In this document: in pieces, positions 1-9,068 of the stretch | Numbering within the stretch: position 1 is the first letter of the stretch | Layout: every line of letters starts with the position of its first letter | DNA from: a virus | Length of the DNA stretch: 64,000 nt | Virus record (IMG/VR): IMGVR_UViG_3300042888_002665 | Reading direction: 5' to 3' (one strand) | The notes under the pieces: generated by a model | Seen by the model: the letters and a program-made list of their open reading frames with translations, nothing else | Database searches by the model: none | Told to the model about the DNA's origin: nothing | Position numbers and translations under genes: made by a program

Positions 1-37
1 ATTATGATGTAAATATAATCTGGAAACTGATTAATCC

Positions 38-205
38 CTAATCAGCCCATTCGGCTATGTACTTTACTTCCTCCGGTGTTAGATTATCCACCATCTCATC
101 TAAGCGATCCGCCTTAGTAATGGTTGTGTAACCGATCTGATCAATGTCTGAATTGATATCCCACTGTAATTTTTTGAATTCGATACACTTCTGAATGTTA
201 AGCAT
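38..205 (-). CDS. small hypothetical protein (55 aa, below ORF-track cutoff)
   Basis: Hand-translated MLNIQKCIEFKKLQWD...; AAACAAAC before ATG; promoter-like motif near 228-245. Confidence 0.55.
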   Translation of the reverse strand: MLNIQKCIEFKKLQWDINSDIDQIGYTTITKADRLDEMVDNLTPEEVKYIAEWAD

Positions 206-253
206 GTTTGTTTGTTTTTATGTACAAGGTAAAGTTAATCAGGACACACGCAC

Positions 254-469
254 CTATCTAATCATTATAGGCGCTTTTTTAACTCTGCGTTTCGTATGTT
301 TCTTAACTGTCTTCATCTTGTAATACACTACATTGTTGATTGTAATGAATTCTTCATGACGTGAAGTACAGTAATCGAATCTAATATACATGTCACCGTT
401 TAACTTTCTGAACGGTATTACAGTTGAATTGTTGTTCTTGATTCCTGGGTTGTGAATTGTCGCTGACAT
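254..469 (-). CDS. hypothetical protein
   Basis: ORF track; A-rich start context and promoter motif near 503-520. Confidence 0.6.
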   Translation of the reverse strand: MSATIHNPGIKNNNSTVIPFRKLNGDMYIRFDYCTSRHEEFITINNVVYYKMKTVKKHTKRRVKKAPIMIR

Positions 470-522
470 ATTTTGTTTGTTTAGTTAATTATTTATTACA
501 TGGTAATGATAATCTGGAAAGT

Positions 523-771
523 TTATTCAATCACCATTTCAGTAATCATCAATTCAATAGTAAAATCACTCAACTCATATTCCTCCTTTGGGAATAATTG
601 TCTCACCTCGGCTACTGCCTTTTCCTTTGAATCAAACGCGGCCCAGGGAAATGAGTTCCCATATTGCTCCTTCATCACTATGTATACTATTTTATTCATG
701 TTCGTTTGTTTTAAGTACAGTGTAAATGTAGTAAGGACAAAGATGGAGGACAACGTCCTCCTCTTATGCAT
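523..771 (-). CDS. hypothetical protein
   Basis: ORF track; true start may be the internal MNKIVY (AAACAAACGAAC ATG). Confidence 0.55.
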   Translation of the reverse strand: MHKRRTLSSIFVLTTFTLYLKQTNMNKIVYIVMKEQYGNSFPWAAFDSKEKAVAEVRQLFPKEEYELSDFTIELMITEMVIE

Positions 772-800
772 CTGTAATAATTAACTAATAAACAATATAG

Positions 801-872
801 TGTGATAGAATGGTAACGATCCATTTTCTCTGGCTCCACAAACCAGCGCTTCACCTTAAAGCTTCAATCACC
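801..872 (-). tRNA. trnH: tRNA-His(GTG), non-canonical (A8/U14 and A54/U58 swapped; G-1 present; no encoded CCA)
   Basis: G GTGATTG AA GCTT TAAGGTG AAGC G CTGGT TTGTGGA GCCAG AGAA AATGG ATCGTTA CCATT CTATCAC A folds into a complete cloverleaf. Confidence 0.8.
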
Positions 873-880
873 ATGTACTC

Positions 881-1042
881 TTAATTTGCCTTCACAAATC
901 GTCCGTTACGGATATCACGTTTACGAGTTACGCCACGGCGATCAACCACCGTCTCGAAATAACGATTTGAAAGTGCTGTGTAAGCGAAATATCCACCTAC
1001 TACTAATAATGCGGCTGAGCCTAAAATTTGAAATAATTGCAT
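881..1042 (-). CDS. small membrane protein (53 aa) with C-terminal RDxxxGRF motif
   Basis: Hand-translated MQLFQILGSAALLVVGGYFAYTALSNRYFETVVDRRGVTRKRDIRNGRFVKAN; AAACAAACAT ATG; promoter motif 1067-1083. Confidence 0.65.
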   Translation of the reverse strand: MQLFQILGSAALLVVGGYFAYTALSNRYFETVVDRRGVTRKRDIRNGRFVKAN

Positions 1043-1113
1043 ATGTTTGTTTTATTTTTTACATCGTAAATATAATTAAGACACTTTTTGGAAACAAATT
1101 TTGTTTTTGCAGC

Positions 1114-1546
1114 GCTTCGTCATTTGACTAACCACTGTTTAACACGTTTAAACGGTGCTTCGTCATTTGACTCAGCATCACGCTTAGTCATTTAACTAAG
1201 TGGGCTATTCTACTAGGGATGCGACCCTTTATATACGAACATGTCACCCTCGTGTGGACTATTCTACTAACAAAAAAATATATACAAAATAGTTATAAAA
1301 ATGGTAGGAGGGGTGGGAAAAAAATTGGATGACACAAAAACACAACCACACTACCATCCATTCCCATTCCACATACGACACGCTTAGTTGTTCAACTAAT
1401 TAGTCGTTCAACTAACCACATTCCCTACTAACAAAATATTATTCCACCGTTCACTACAAAAAAATAATACACAAATCACGTTAGATTCGTGTGGATATTG
1501 CGCTACCTATTATACTCCACTACACTATGTGCTAACAAAAAAATAT
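1114..1546. repeat. non-coding tract with several families of short direct/inverted repeats (origin- or terminus-like)
   Basis: GCTTCGTCATTTGACT at 1114 and 1157, variants at 1182, 1382, 1400; GTGGRCTATTCTACTA at 1200 and 1254; CTAACAAAAAAATAT at 1267 and 1532; CGTGTGGA at 1251 and 1488. Confidence 0.75.
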
Positions 1547-1547
1547 G

Positions 1548-1787
1548 TTATTTCCGGCGCAATTTATTTATTCTATAATAGCGCTTAATAAACCAATATA
1601 CGTGTACTAAACAAACTAATATGTTTACTATAATGGTTGGATTGTTATTGATTACATATCCGTACCCAACCCACGTTAAACACGCTACTAAATTTACCGT
1701 ACGAATAAAGCGTTGTTTTTGTAGCGTAAACGAGAGTATACTTAAACCCATCGCCACGTAACCTAATATGTCTATGTTATTTATCAT
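1548..1787 (-). CDS. small 3-TM membrane protein, YgjV/SemiSWEET-like
   Basis: ILGYVAMGLSILSF...IRTVNLVACLTWVGYG...PTIIVNILV pattern. Confidence 0.5.
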   Translation of the reverse strand: MINNIDILGYVAMGLSILSFTLQKQRFIRTVNLVACLTWVGYGYVINNNPTIIVNILVCLVHVYWFIKRYYRINKLRRK

Positions 1788-2208
1788 CTATTAATTCATC
1801 TATTAAATGTTTAACTATAAAAACGATCATAATCACTAACCAAGTTAGGAATGTATATATTCCAAAATGAAGTAAATAACCAATCGTATATAACCAATAT
1901 ATAAACCCGAACGTACCTAACGTAGCTATTACCGCCGCAATCCAACGTTCCGTATCTGACCACCTCGTTTTAGTCTGGATATTATTATTCGTCATCTTAT
2001 TCTCTATATGTTCTTTTAATTCATCCGTTTCCTCATCCGTTACGGGTCTACCTTTGAACCAATCAATTTCTTGTTGACTTAGAAGTGTTTCACCCGCGTC
2101 TTGTCTACGTTTGAGTTTTTCAATAAGTTCGAGTTGTAATGCTCGTTGGCGTTGACGTTGCTCGTCAACATTCCAATCATCTAAATCTGATCTGTTAGCT
2201 TTTGCCAT
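1777..2208 (-). CDS. hypothetical protein with two C-terminal TM helices
   Basis: ORF track; hydrophobic C-terminus; promoter motif near 2214. Confidence 0.65.
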   Translation of the reverse strand: MAKANRSDLDDWNVDEQRQRQRALQLELIEKLKRRQDAGETLLSQQEIDWFKGRPVTDEETDELKEHIENKMTNNNIQTKTRWSDTERWIAAVIATLGTFGFIYWLYTIGYLLHFGIYTFLTWLVIMIVFIVKHLIDELIDDK

Positions 2209-2232
2209 ATTGTAAATGTAATTGAGAGAATT

Positions 2233-2883
2233 TTAATTTTCAAATCCATCATCTTTAAACACTAACCCCATCAACGTTTTAAAACAGTATATTAAACCAC
2301 CAATAAGACCTAATCCCAAGGTCCAAGTAAATACATCCAATGCTATTTTATGTTCTGCTATAAACCAACACACACCCAACATTACTGATAGTGCTAATGC
2401 TGCTCTAACCCAATACAATGTTTGACGTAGCCATGGTTTTGGTTTACTTTGTGTTTGTGGTGCGTCATATCCTTTCATGTTATTATCTATATATTGATCA
2501 ATTACTTCATTCATTGATTTAGGTTTGGTCATTATTTTATTTACCTCTTGTTGTTGTTTTCTAAACGAGTTGATTGATGTGCGCCACACGTCTGTTACTA
2601 ATCGTTCTGCCATTTCTTGAAACGCTGCTGATCGTGCTTCGCCGAGTTCGTTTTTATCATTGATTTGGAATTTATATTTCAATAACCAATTCCATTGCCC
2701 ATTAACGAGTTGTTCCTTAATTCCACATGTACAATCATAATAATCTGAATGCCAACCCATACCCTCGGATGGTGTATATTGAAATTCGATTACTACGTTT
2801 TCGTATCCTTCAATCGTGTTGAGCATACGTTGTATTTCTTCTAATTTCCAATATCGCATTGGATTAATTGGTGATGTTACCAT
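2233..2883 (-). CDS. hypothetical protein with two C-terminal TM helices
   Basis: ORF track; hydrophobic C-terminus. Confidence 0.65.
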   Translation of the reverse strand: MVTSPINPMRYWKLEEIQRMLNTIEGYENVVIEFQYTPSEGMGWHSDYYDCTCGIKEQLVNGQWNWLLKYKFQINDKNELGEARSAAFQEMAERLVTDVWRTSINSFRKQQQEVNKIMTKPKSMNEVIDQYIDNNMKGYDAPQTQSKPKPWLRQTLYWVRAALALSVMLGVCWFIAEHKIALDVFTWTLGLGLIGGLIYCFKTLMGLVFKDDGFEN

Positions 2884-3077
2884 TTATCTTGATGTTTTCT
2901 AATTGCGTTCGATATCTGTTCACCGAAGTTGTCTATTAGGTATTTACCTAATTTACTATAGGGTAATGGTTGTCCTTGAGCGTTATGTAGTTTTGATTTA
3001 CCATTTTTGAGCTGTTCCATATGTTGGATTTGCTCTTTGGTAGCATCTAATTTAACTGATATCTTATTTCCACTCAT
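2877..3077 (-). CDS. hypothetical protein
   Basis: ORF track; overlaps neighbouring start/stop codons. Confidence 0.6.
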   Translation of the reverse strand: MSGNKISVKLDATKEQIQHMEQLKNGKSKLHNAQGQPLPYSKLGKYLIDNFGEQISNAIRKHQDKW

Positions 3078-3279
3078 TATTCTTGTTGTAGTATAATTTA
3101 TAGTTCTTACTGTTTATTTCCTCGTACCAATGTGTTTCGACCCAATCACCTGTTTGTTCTTTCTCCATTTGATGAGCCTGCTTAAATGAACGTGCATTGT
3201 GTACCAAATCTTCAACACTTTCTGGAAAAATGATGATTGTATCATAAAGCCATTCTACTGCTGTTTGCTTATTTTCCAT
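3064..3279 (-). CDS. hypothetical phage protein (KQTAVEWL-type N-terminus)
   Basis: MENKQTAVEWL start typical of small Bacteroidota-phage proteins (from memory). Confidence 0.6.
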   Translation of the reverse strand: MENKQTAVEWLYDTIIIFPESVEDLVHNARSFKQAHQMEKEQTGDWVETHWYEEINSKNYKLYYNKNNEWK

Positions 3280-3526
3280 TATATACGTGTTCTAATTCTT
3301 CTAATTGTTCGTCGTATTCTAATTTTTTAAATAATCCACTCCAATGATAGAATGGTAATTCAACGAATTGATACCAATCACCCTCCTTAGCGTTATATTT
3401 TGCTGCTTCCGGGAAGTATGTGTGTGGTCGTATATCTAATATATGATATATTTCACCACGTTTAATGTGTGGTCGTTCTGGATGATAAACATTAGTTCCA
3501 TCCTGAATGCATATTACTTTATCCAT
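3269..3526 (-). CDS. hypothetical protein
   Basis: ORF track; tightly packed operon. Confidence 0.6.
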   Translation of the reverse strand: MDKVICIQDGTNVYHPERPHIKRGEIYHILDIRPHTYFPEAAKYNAKEGDWYQFVELPFYHWSGLFKKLEYDEQLEELEHVYNGK

Positions 3527-3527
3527 G

Positions 3528-3734
3528 TTATTTAAATATTACAATGTCTGCTGTAAATCCGTTATGATCTTTATACATACTGGGACATATCATAGCATCA
3601 TACATTCCTGTATGCTGTGATATTGTCTCCCAATCTGTTAATGTTTTTATTTGAGCTACTAATACACCATTATAGATAGTTAATACACTACCATTAAAAT
3701 CGTAATCGTCGCACTTATATACTGGATGAAACAT
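3528..3734 (-). CDS. hypothetical protein
   Basis: ORF track; promoter motif 3762-3778. Confidence 0.65.
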   Translation of the reverse strand: MFHPVYKCDDYDFNGSVLTIYNGVLVAQIKTLTDWETISQHTGMYDAMICPSMYKDHNGFTADIVIFK

Positions 3735-3784
3735 ATTGTTTGCTTATTTATTTGAACAATGTAAATATAATTAAGAGAGTCATT

Positions 3785-4147
3785 CTACTCCATTGGAGTA
3801 AAATGACTTTCTAATACGTGTTTGATTATTTTCTCCATACGGTACTTATCGTATGTAACGTCTTCAAGATATATTTCGTTAGCGTTGATTCCGTATGTTT
3901 GGTCTTCGAGTAATTCTACACCTTCATTATCTAAATCTGAAACGATATCTTCTGCGATTTGATCTATTACCATTGGTGATAATATTCTTGTTCCTAACAT
4001 GTCTGTAGCAACACCTAATTGCGACTTCATTTGATCGGTCATTCCTGTTTTTTCAAGGATGTGCTCCATTGTTTCGCCATCAACGTCGATTCCGTTTAAT
4101 AATGCGATTACTGCTGTTACGATTGTTTTTTGATCTTCGTTTACCAT
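3785..4147 (-). CDS. acidic hypothetical protein
   Basis: ORF track; own promoter 4180-4196. Confidence 0.65.
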   Translation of the reverse strand: MVNEDQKTIVTAVIALLNGIDVDGETMEHILEKTGMTDQMKSQLGVATDMLGTRILSPMVIDQIAEDIVSDLDNEGVELLEDQTYGINANEIYLEDVTYDKYRMEKIIKHVLESHFTPME

Positions 4148-4189
4148 TGTCTGTTTATTTATTGGTTTAACTTATATTGTAAATATAAT

Positions 4190-4459
4190 CTAGAAATTTA
4201 TTAAATCATCGGCATCTGCCCACTCATTTATATAACACATAATAGCACCTTCCCGATCTCCATAGTCTTCTTCATCATCACCGATAAAGTTATCTAATTC
4301 CTCGTCTGTTACCTCATTTAGGTATCGATCTATGATTGCGTTGATTTCTTTCATACTGAATTTTGACCATCCGGAATCTTCTCCGTATGCTTCGATTTCG
4401 TCATTAATCATTTCGATTAATCCATCTTTTAAATCTTCGGGACTTGTTGCTGCTGTCAT
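4190..4459 (-). CDS. very acidic small protein (candidate DNA mimic)
   Basis: About 27 D/E vs 5 K/R in 89 aa (hand count); own promoter near 4497. Confidence 0.6.
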   Translation of the reverse strand: MTAATSPEDLKDGLIEMINDEIEAYGEDSGWSKFSMKEINAIIDRYLNEVTDEELDNFIGDDEEDYGDREGAIMCYINEWADADDLINF

Positions 4460-4515
4460 TGTTTGTTTATTTATTGGTTTAAATTCTTATTATATTTAAA
4501 TATAATTTAGAAATT

Positions 4516-4830
4516 TTATTTAACCAAGGTATGCGTTTCATTTACCTCGTATACTTTACAATTTAAATGTTTTAATTTAATTTGGAAACTAGATCCGTCT
4601 ACCATTTTATCATTTTCATCTACTTTAGCTTTTAAACTTGTAAATGTTGTTTCTAAATCAAAGTTTTTAGTAGTGGAGAAATATTTCGAATCTTTAGTTA
4701 CATGTCTGCCTGTATAATATGGATTTATGTAACCAAATTTAATGTTGTATTTATAGAACTCATTTAATTCATTAGCACCTAATTCATTTAAACCTGTTAC
4801 TTCAACATAGTAGTGTTTTTTATCTTTCAT
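4516..4830 (-). CDS. hypothetical protein
   Basis: ORF track; AAACAAAC ATG; promoter near 4853. Confidence 0.65.
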   Translation of the reverse strand: MKDKKHYYVEVTGLNELGANELNEFYKYNIKFGYINPYYTGRHVTKDSKYFSTTKNFDLETTFTSLKAKVDENDKMVDGSSFQIKLKHLNCKVYEVNETHTLVK

Positions 4831-5004
4831 GTTTGTTTGTTTTAATACATTGTAAAGATAATTTAGAAAGTTTAATCTTTCAAGCTATATACGTAATACC
4901 TTATTGGTTCGCCACTACTACTTTGTATTTCGTTCATTTGTGGTTCTGATCCAATGGATTCGAATAGCTGTTGTGATCCTGTAGGGTCCACTTGAAACAT
5001 GTAA

Positions 5005-5187
5005 TTAATCGTTGTTTGTAGGTAGATTTGCTTCATGTTCCATTAAGTCTGTTACGTAATCATCTAATATTTTATATAGTTTTGCCATATTCACTGGTAG
5101 TTCTGTATTTTTTTGGAGTTCAAATGCAGCTGATGATGCTTCGTCCAAGTGGAATATTAATCGTTGTAGAGGTGTTGGTTGTGCCAT
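5005..5187 (-). CDS. hypothetical protein
   Basis: ORF track. Confidence 0.55.
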   Translation of the reverse strand: MAQPTPLQRLIFHLDEASSAAFELQKNTELPVNMAKLYKILDDYVTDLMEHEANLPTNND

Positions 5188-5188
5188 G

Positions 5189-5413
5189 TTAATATTCGTT
5201 TAAAATCATTTCAATACATTTAGTTGCCAATAACTTATCGTCATTGGAAAACTTATTATCATAATATGGTTCGGTTAGAAATGAGGTCATCGCCGCGATT
5301 CGTTCTATTTTTGAATAACCTTTACCACTTAACGGATGTTTAAAATCCCTCATATTATTGTATTTTGATAAGATATATTCTTTATTTTCCATCATATAGT
5401 TATTAATGTCCAT
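5189..5413 (-). CDS. hypothetical protein
   Basis: ORF track; promoter near 5453. Confidence 0.55.
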   Translation of the reverse strand: MDINNYMMENKEYILSKYNNMRDFKHPLSGKGYSKIERIAAMTSFLTEPYYDNKFSNDDKLLATKCIEMILNEY

Positions 5414-5468
5414 TTATATCTATTTTGGTTTTTTATTTTTTCTTATACGTTCAAGGTAATTAAGAAAT

Positions 5469-6062
5469 TTACTTAATACTCGCTCCTTTACTTTTATTAT
5501 CTAAGGCCCACAATGGTTGGAGATTAGTATAATGATTTAATCTATATATTTCATCTTCGGTTTTAGCTGATGCTAATGGTATGATATGATCCACATGCCA
5601 ACCGTCTTGAGTCCAATTGTCCCAATTCATACCTTCAATCCACTGTGATTCGATGTGTTGTCTTAATTGTTCGAATGTACAACCTAATATTTGTTCTGTA
5701 TGTATTGACTTCTCACCTTGAATATAACGCCGAGTATTATTTCGTAATAAATGTTTTAATTTAAATAATGAATCGTTATTGTATCGATCCATTATATATT
5801 CGGCCACTCGTTCTTTATTATTGGTATTGTACTTTTTGCTACGTTTTTGATATTCTTCTTTAGTGTTTACGTAGTGTTGTTTATTATATGATTTATGATA
5901 TTTTGGATTATTTATTTTCCACTGTTTGAAATGATCTGATTTACATGATTTACACTGCTTTTGTAATCCATCTACAGATGATTTATCCTTACTGAATTCG
6001 GAAGTATTTTTAGATAAGGTGCATTTAGGGCACACCTTCATTGGAGGAGCGATATTTATCAT
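5469..6062 (-). CDS. HNH/endonuclease VII-like endonuclease (probable free-standing homing endonuclease)
   Basis: N-terminal CxxC...CxxC zinc knuckle; C-terminal WHVDHIIPL...NHYTNLQPLWALDNKSKG. Confidence 0.85.
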   Translation of the reverse strand: MINIAPPMKVCPKCTLSKNTSEFSKDKSSVDGLQKQCKSCKSDHFKQWKINNPKYHKSYNKQHYVNTKEEYQKRSKKYNTNNKERVAEYIMDRYNNDSLFKLKHLLRNNTRRYIQGEKSIHTEQILGCTFEQLRQHIESQWIEGMNWDNWTQDGWHVDHIIPLASAKTEDEIYRLNHYTNLQPLWALDNKSKGASIK

Positions 6063-6124
6063 CGATTTTAATTATTTTAGTCGATAATAAATATCACTCT
6101 TAATAACCCTTTAAGCATATTTGT

Positions 6125-6436
6125 TTAGAGGGTTTTTATTTTATTTTCCAATGCGTTGATAAATTCTAAAGCATCTGTTTTACCACCAATATGGAATATC
6201 TGTAATTCATTCATCGTATATTCGCGATCATATGTTTTCCAATCATACGCTGTGTAATAGTTATTTTTAAATTTAACTACCCATTCCACTTGTGTTTTAT
6301 CATCGAGTGATGCTTCGCTGAATGTAGGAGGTCCTAATACTTCTACTAATCGTTTGTAAGTAGCTTTAGTATAGCCTTTTAATGATGTGCCGCATATTTG
6401 ATTTGATGCGAATTCTTTGCTTCTTAATGTTCTCAT
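6125..6436 (-). CDS. conserved hypothetical phage protein
   Basis: GTSLKGY...DKTQVEW...YDWK motif; promoter 6460-6476. Confidence 0.65.
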   Translation of the reverse strand: MRTLRSKEFASNQICGTSLKGYTKATYKRLVEVLGPPTFSEASLDDKTQVEWVVKFKNNYYTAYDWKTYDREYTMNELQIFHIGGKTDALEFINALENKIKTL

Positions 6437-6480
6437 GTTTGTTTGCTTTTATTACAGGTTAAAGATAATAAGGACATCTT

Positions 6481-6795
6481 TTAGATCCTATTCATACGGA
6501 ATCGATTTCTAATATTCCATATGTCTGAACTTGAATCGGCTTCAATCAAATCACCTTTAATTAGTTTACCTGATTTACCTACGGTTGTGTTGTAGATATT
6601 GTAGCCGTATTTTGAATGTTGAACAATGATTGATCGTCCATTATATGATAACCACTTTAAATCACGTACCTTTTCTAATTTAACTTCTGAATTGGCTGAT
6701 TTAACTCGCGGTTCAATCATTTTATCTATCAACGATGTAATCGATTGTAGTTGCTCTACTGGTAATTCGTTGATTAATTTTAGTATCTCTTCCAT
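6481..6795 (-). CDS. hypothetical protein
   Basis: ORF track; AAACAAACAT ATG. Confidence 0.6.
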   Translation of the reverse strand: MEEILKLINELPVEQLQSITSLIDKMIEPRVKSANSEVKLEKVRDLKWLSYNGRSIIVQHSKYGYNIYNTTVGKSGKLIKGDLIEADSSSDIWNIRNRFRMNRI

Positions 6796-6803
6796 ATGTT
6801 TGT

Positions 6804-7022
6804 TTATACATAGCCGTTTTCATTAGCGTATGTACTTAAGTATTTATTAATTGCATCAAATGGATCATTTCCACTGTAGTTAAATACATCGATTTCTTCA
6901 CCATAACTGAATACTATGTATTCGTTTCCACCATTGTTTTCAATTTTGATATGACTTAGATCCACATCACCGAATTCTACTATGTAGACAGTCTGCTTAT
7001 ATATTCCGAAGTTCAATTCCAT
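6804..7022 (-). CDS. hypothetical protein
   Basis: ORF track. Confidence 0.55.
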   Translation of the reverse strand: MELNFGIYKQTVYIVEFGDVDLSHIKIENNGGNEYIVFSYGEEIDVFNYSGNDPFDAINKYLSTYANENGYV

Positions 7023-7024
7023 GA

Positions 7025-7213
7025 TTATTTCTTTTTAGTTAGTGAATTAACTTTTGATTGGATATCTTTAGCTACCATTGCTGGATATCCCGAAGCAAAT
7101 AGTAGACGATGGCCTGTAGCTTCTCCGGCTTCAATTTCCTTTTCGAAATTTTCAACCCATAGCTCTAATGCTTGCTCAATTACGTACTGATCGAATTTAT
7201 TAAATTTTGTCAT
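7025..7213 (-). CDS. hypothetical protein
   Basis: ORF track; promoter 7238-7254. Confidence 0.6.
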   Translation of the reverse strand: MTKFNKFDQYVIEQALELWVENFEKEIEAGEATGHRLLFASGYPAMVAKDIQSKVNSLTKKK

Positions 7214-7260
7214 GTTAGTTTATTTATTTGTACAGATTAAAGATAATTAAGAGAGGTAGT

Positions 7261-7614
7261 TTATACTACCTCTTCTTCTAATTCTAATTCGGCTAATTCT
7301 AACTTTAAATAGTTGATTTTAGCTTTACGATATTCTTCACTTACATCTACAAGTAGATTATGTAATTCTACGTCTGTGATATCGATTGGAAATGTTACTT
7401 TGTAGCTATTATCACGAGTTGAATATCTCATGATTTCTACCTTTTCATTGTAGCGCTCCCCAAATGTAACTGATGTTACGTTATGATTCTCGGAATACCA
7501 CACAGTAATATGATCTGAAAATTTAGTGTGAGTATCGTTTGGTAGGTTTTGTAATATACCTAATCCACGTACTTGCTCGAATAATGTTTTGAATTGATTT
7601 AATTCGTTTCTCAT
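7261..7614 (-). CDS. hypothetical protein
   Basis: ORF track; promoter 7653-7669. Confidence 0.6.
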   Translation of the reverse strand: MRNELNQFKTLFEQVRGLGILQNLPNDTHTKFSDHITVWYSENHNVTSVTFGERYNEKVEIMRYSTRDNSYKVTFPIDITDVELHNLLVDVSEEYRKAKINYLKLELAELELEEEVV

Positions 7615-7676
7615 GTTTTTGTTTATTTATTGGTTTAACTTTTATTACAGGTTAAAGATAATAAGGACAATCTTGA

Positions 7677-8030
7677 TTACCAACTTGAACTGTAGTATAA
7701 TTCATCTAAACAGTATGACTTATATTCGAGTATTTCATCAATGATTTGTACTGTATTTCTTAAATCATTGAAATACCACATATCGTAAGCAGTATTGCCG
7801 AAGAAGAATCCACTCTGTGTTGGTAATAGTTGTTCTGCTAGATTTACATCATTCAATACATCATTACAGGTATTATGTAATTGAATTAAATGTTCTTTAG
7901 TTACTTTATACTGACCACAATCATCAACACCGTCTTGAACGTTGTCTACGAACCATTTGTGTATAGCATTTGCTTTACGCCATGATATAATCTCATTACC
8001 ATCATGAACCAACATCATATCTAATCCCAT
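7677..8030 (-). CDS. conserved phage protein (MGLDM...WRKANAIH...GFFFG family)
   Basis: Recognisable motifs of a widespread uncharacterised phage family (from memory). Confidence 0.7.
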   Translation of the reverse strand: MGLDMMLVHDGNEIISWRKANAIHKWFVDNVQDGVDDCGQYKVTKEHLIQLHNTCNDVLNDVNLAEQLLPTQSGFFFGNTAYDMWYFNDLRNTVQIIDEILEYKSYCLDELYYSSSW

Positions 8031-8031
8031 A

Positions 8032-8250
8032 TTATTTTTTTAAGTTTAAACGCATGTGTTCTTTACTAATGAAGTAATCTAAACTCAATGCTGCGTCTTG
8101 TAGCATTACTAATAAATCAATCTGTGCATTGATTCCACCTTTATCTAACGTGTTGATATCTAAAGTGCGTTGGCTTTTAGCTACTTCGGAGATAATATCT
8201 GCGTAGTACTTAATTTTGGGCATGTAGCCGTTTGGGTATTTATTTTTCAT
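8032..8250 (-). CDS. hypothetical protein
   Basis: ORF track; promoter near 8273. Confidence 0.6.
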   Translation of the reverse strand: MKNKYPNGYMPKIKYYADIISEVAKSQRTLDINTLDKGGINAQIDLLVMLQDAALSLDYFISKEHMRLNLKK

Positions 8251-8281
8251 GTTTGTTTGTTTTAATACATTATAAATGTAA

Positions 8282-8545
8282 TTAAGAAATCTCGATCATG
8301 GAAATGGGTACATTGTAAGAAGCGAACGCGCCTTCAACTTGTAATGTTGCTGTAGTTCGTTTTACTTTCTTTACAATTAATTTCTTACCTAATAGTTTAG
8401 GATGATTTACCTTCACCTTGTCTCCGATATTCAATTCGAATTGAGCGATTAACTGCTTACGTTTTGCTTTAATCGTATTTACAACTAACTTATTTAAGTT
8501 ACTTAGTTGTTCTAATGTCAGGTTATTCAGTTGTGCTTGTGTCAT
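8282..8545 (-). CDS. hypothetical protein, KOW/SH3-like C-terminal half
   Basis: LNIGDKVKV...GKKLIVKKVKRTTATL pattern. Confidence 0.5.
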   Translation of the reverse strand: MTQAQLNNLTLEQLSNLNKLVVNTIKAKRKQLIAQFELNIGDKVKVNHPKLLGKKLIVKKVKRTTATLQVEGAFASYNVPISMIEIS

Positions 8546-8550
8546 TTGAT

Positions 8551-9018
8551 TTATTTATTTGTTGTTTCGTATTTTAATAATAACTGAGTATTTCCCACTT
8601 GTTTTCTATCTTGGGAATTGTATGAAGAACTCCATCGAAATTCATTCCCATAAAATGTAGCTTCATTAAAATATTCATCATGTGGAATTTCGAATATTCT
8701 TTTATTTATTCCATCAATAATTCTAATAACATCAAACCCACCATATTTATTTTCTCCTGCACTATTGATTCTTATTTCACCTGTAGGCATGGTGTAATTA
8801 GTAAATTTGGTTTCAATACGTAAATTATCTTTTGATAATTCGTCATGACCTACTTCATTTACAAACATACTACCAGCATCATCGGCTACTTTAACTTCTA
8901 CTATAAGTGCTTGGAATCTGCAGTTATTTAATAATAAGTCTGCATTTTTGAATAAGAAATCACCGTAACCATTCTTTAAATATTCTTTTAAATCTTCTTT
9001 ACCGTAAGTATATTTCAT
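8551..9018 (-). CDS. hypothetical protein
   Basis: ORF track; promoter 9041-9057. Confidence 0.6.
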   Translation of the reverse strand: MKYTYGKEDLKEYLKNGYGDFLFKNADLLLNNCRFQALIVEVKVADDAGSMFVNEVGHDELSKDNLRIETKFTNYTMPTGEIRINSAGENKYGGFDVIRIIDGINKRIFEIPHDEYFNEATFYGNEFRWSSSYNSQDRKQVGNTQLLLKYETTNK

Positions 9019-9068
9019 TGGTTTATTTATTTGTACAGATTAAAGATAATTAGGAAAACTTCAACACC

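Noticed and set aside
1114-1414. Possible CRISPR mini-array
   Set aside because: Repeats are only about 16 nt, irregularly spaced (43, 25, 200, 18 nt) and degenerate; no cas-like gene nearby.
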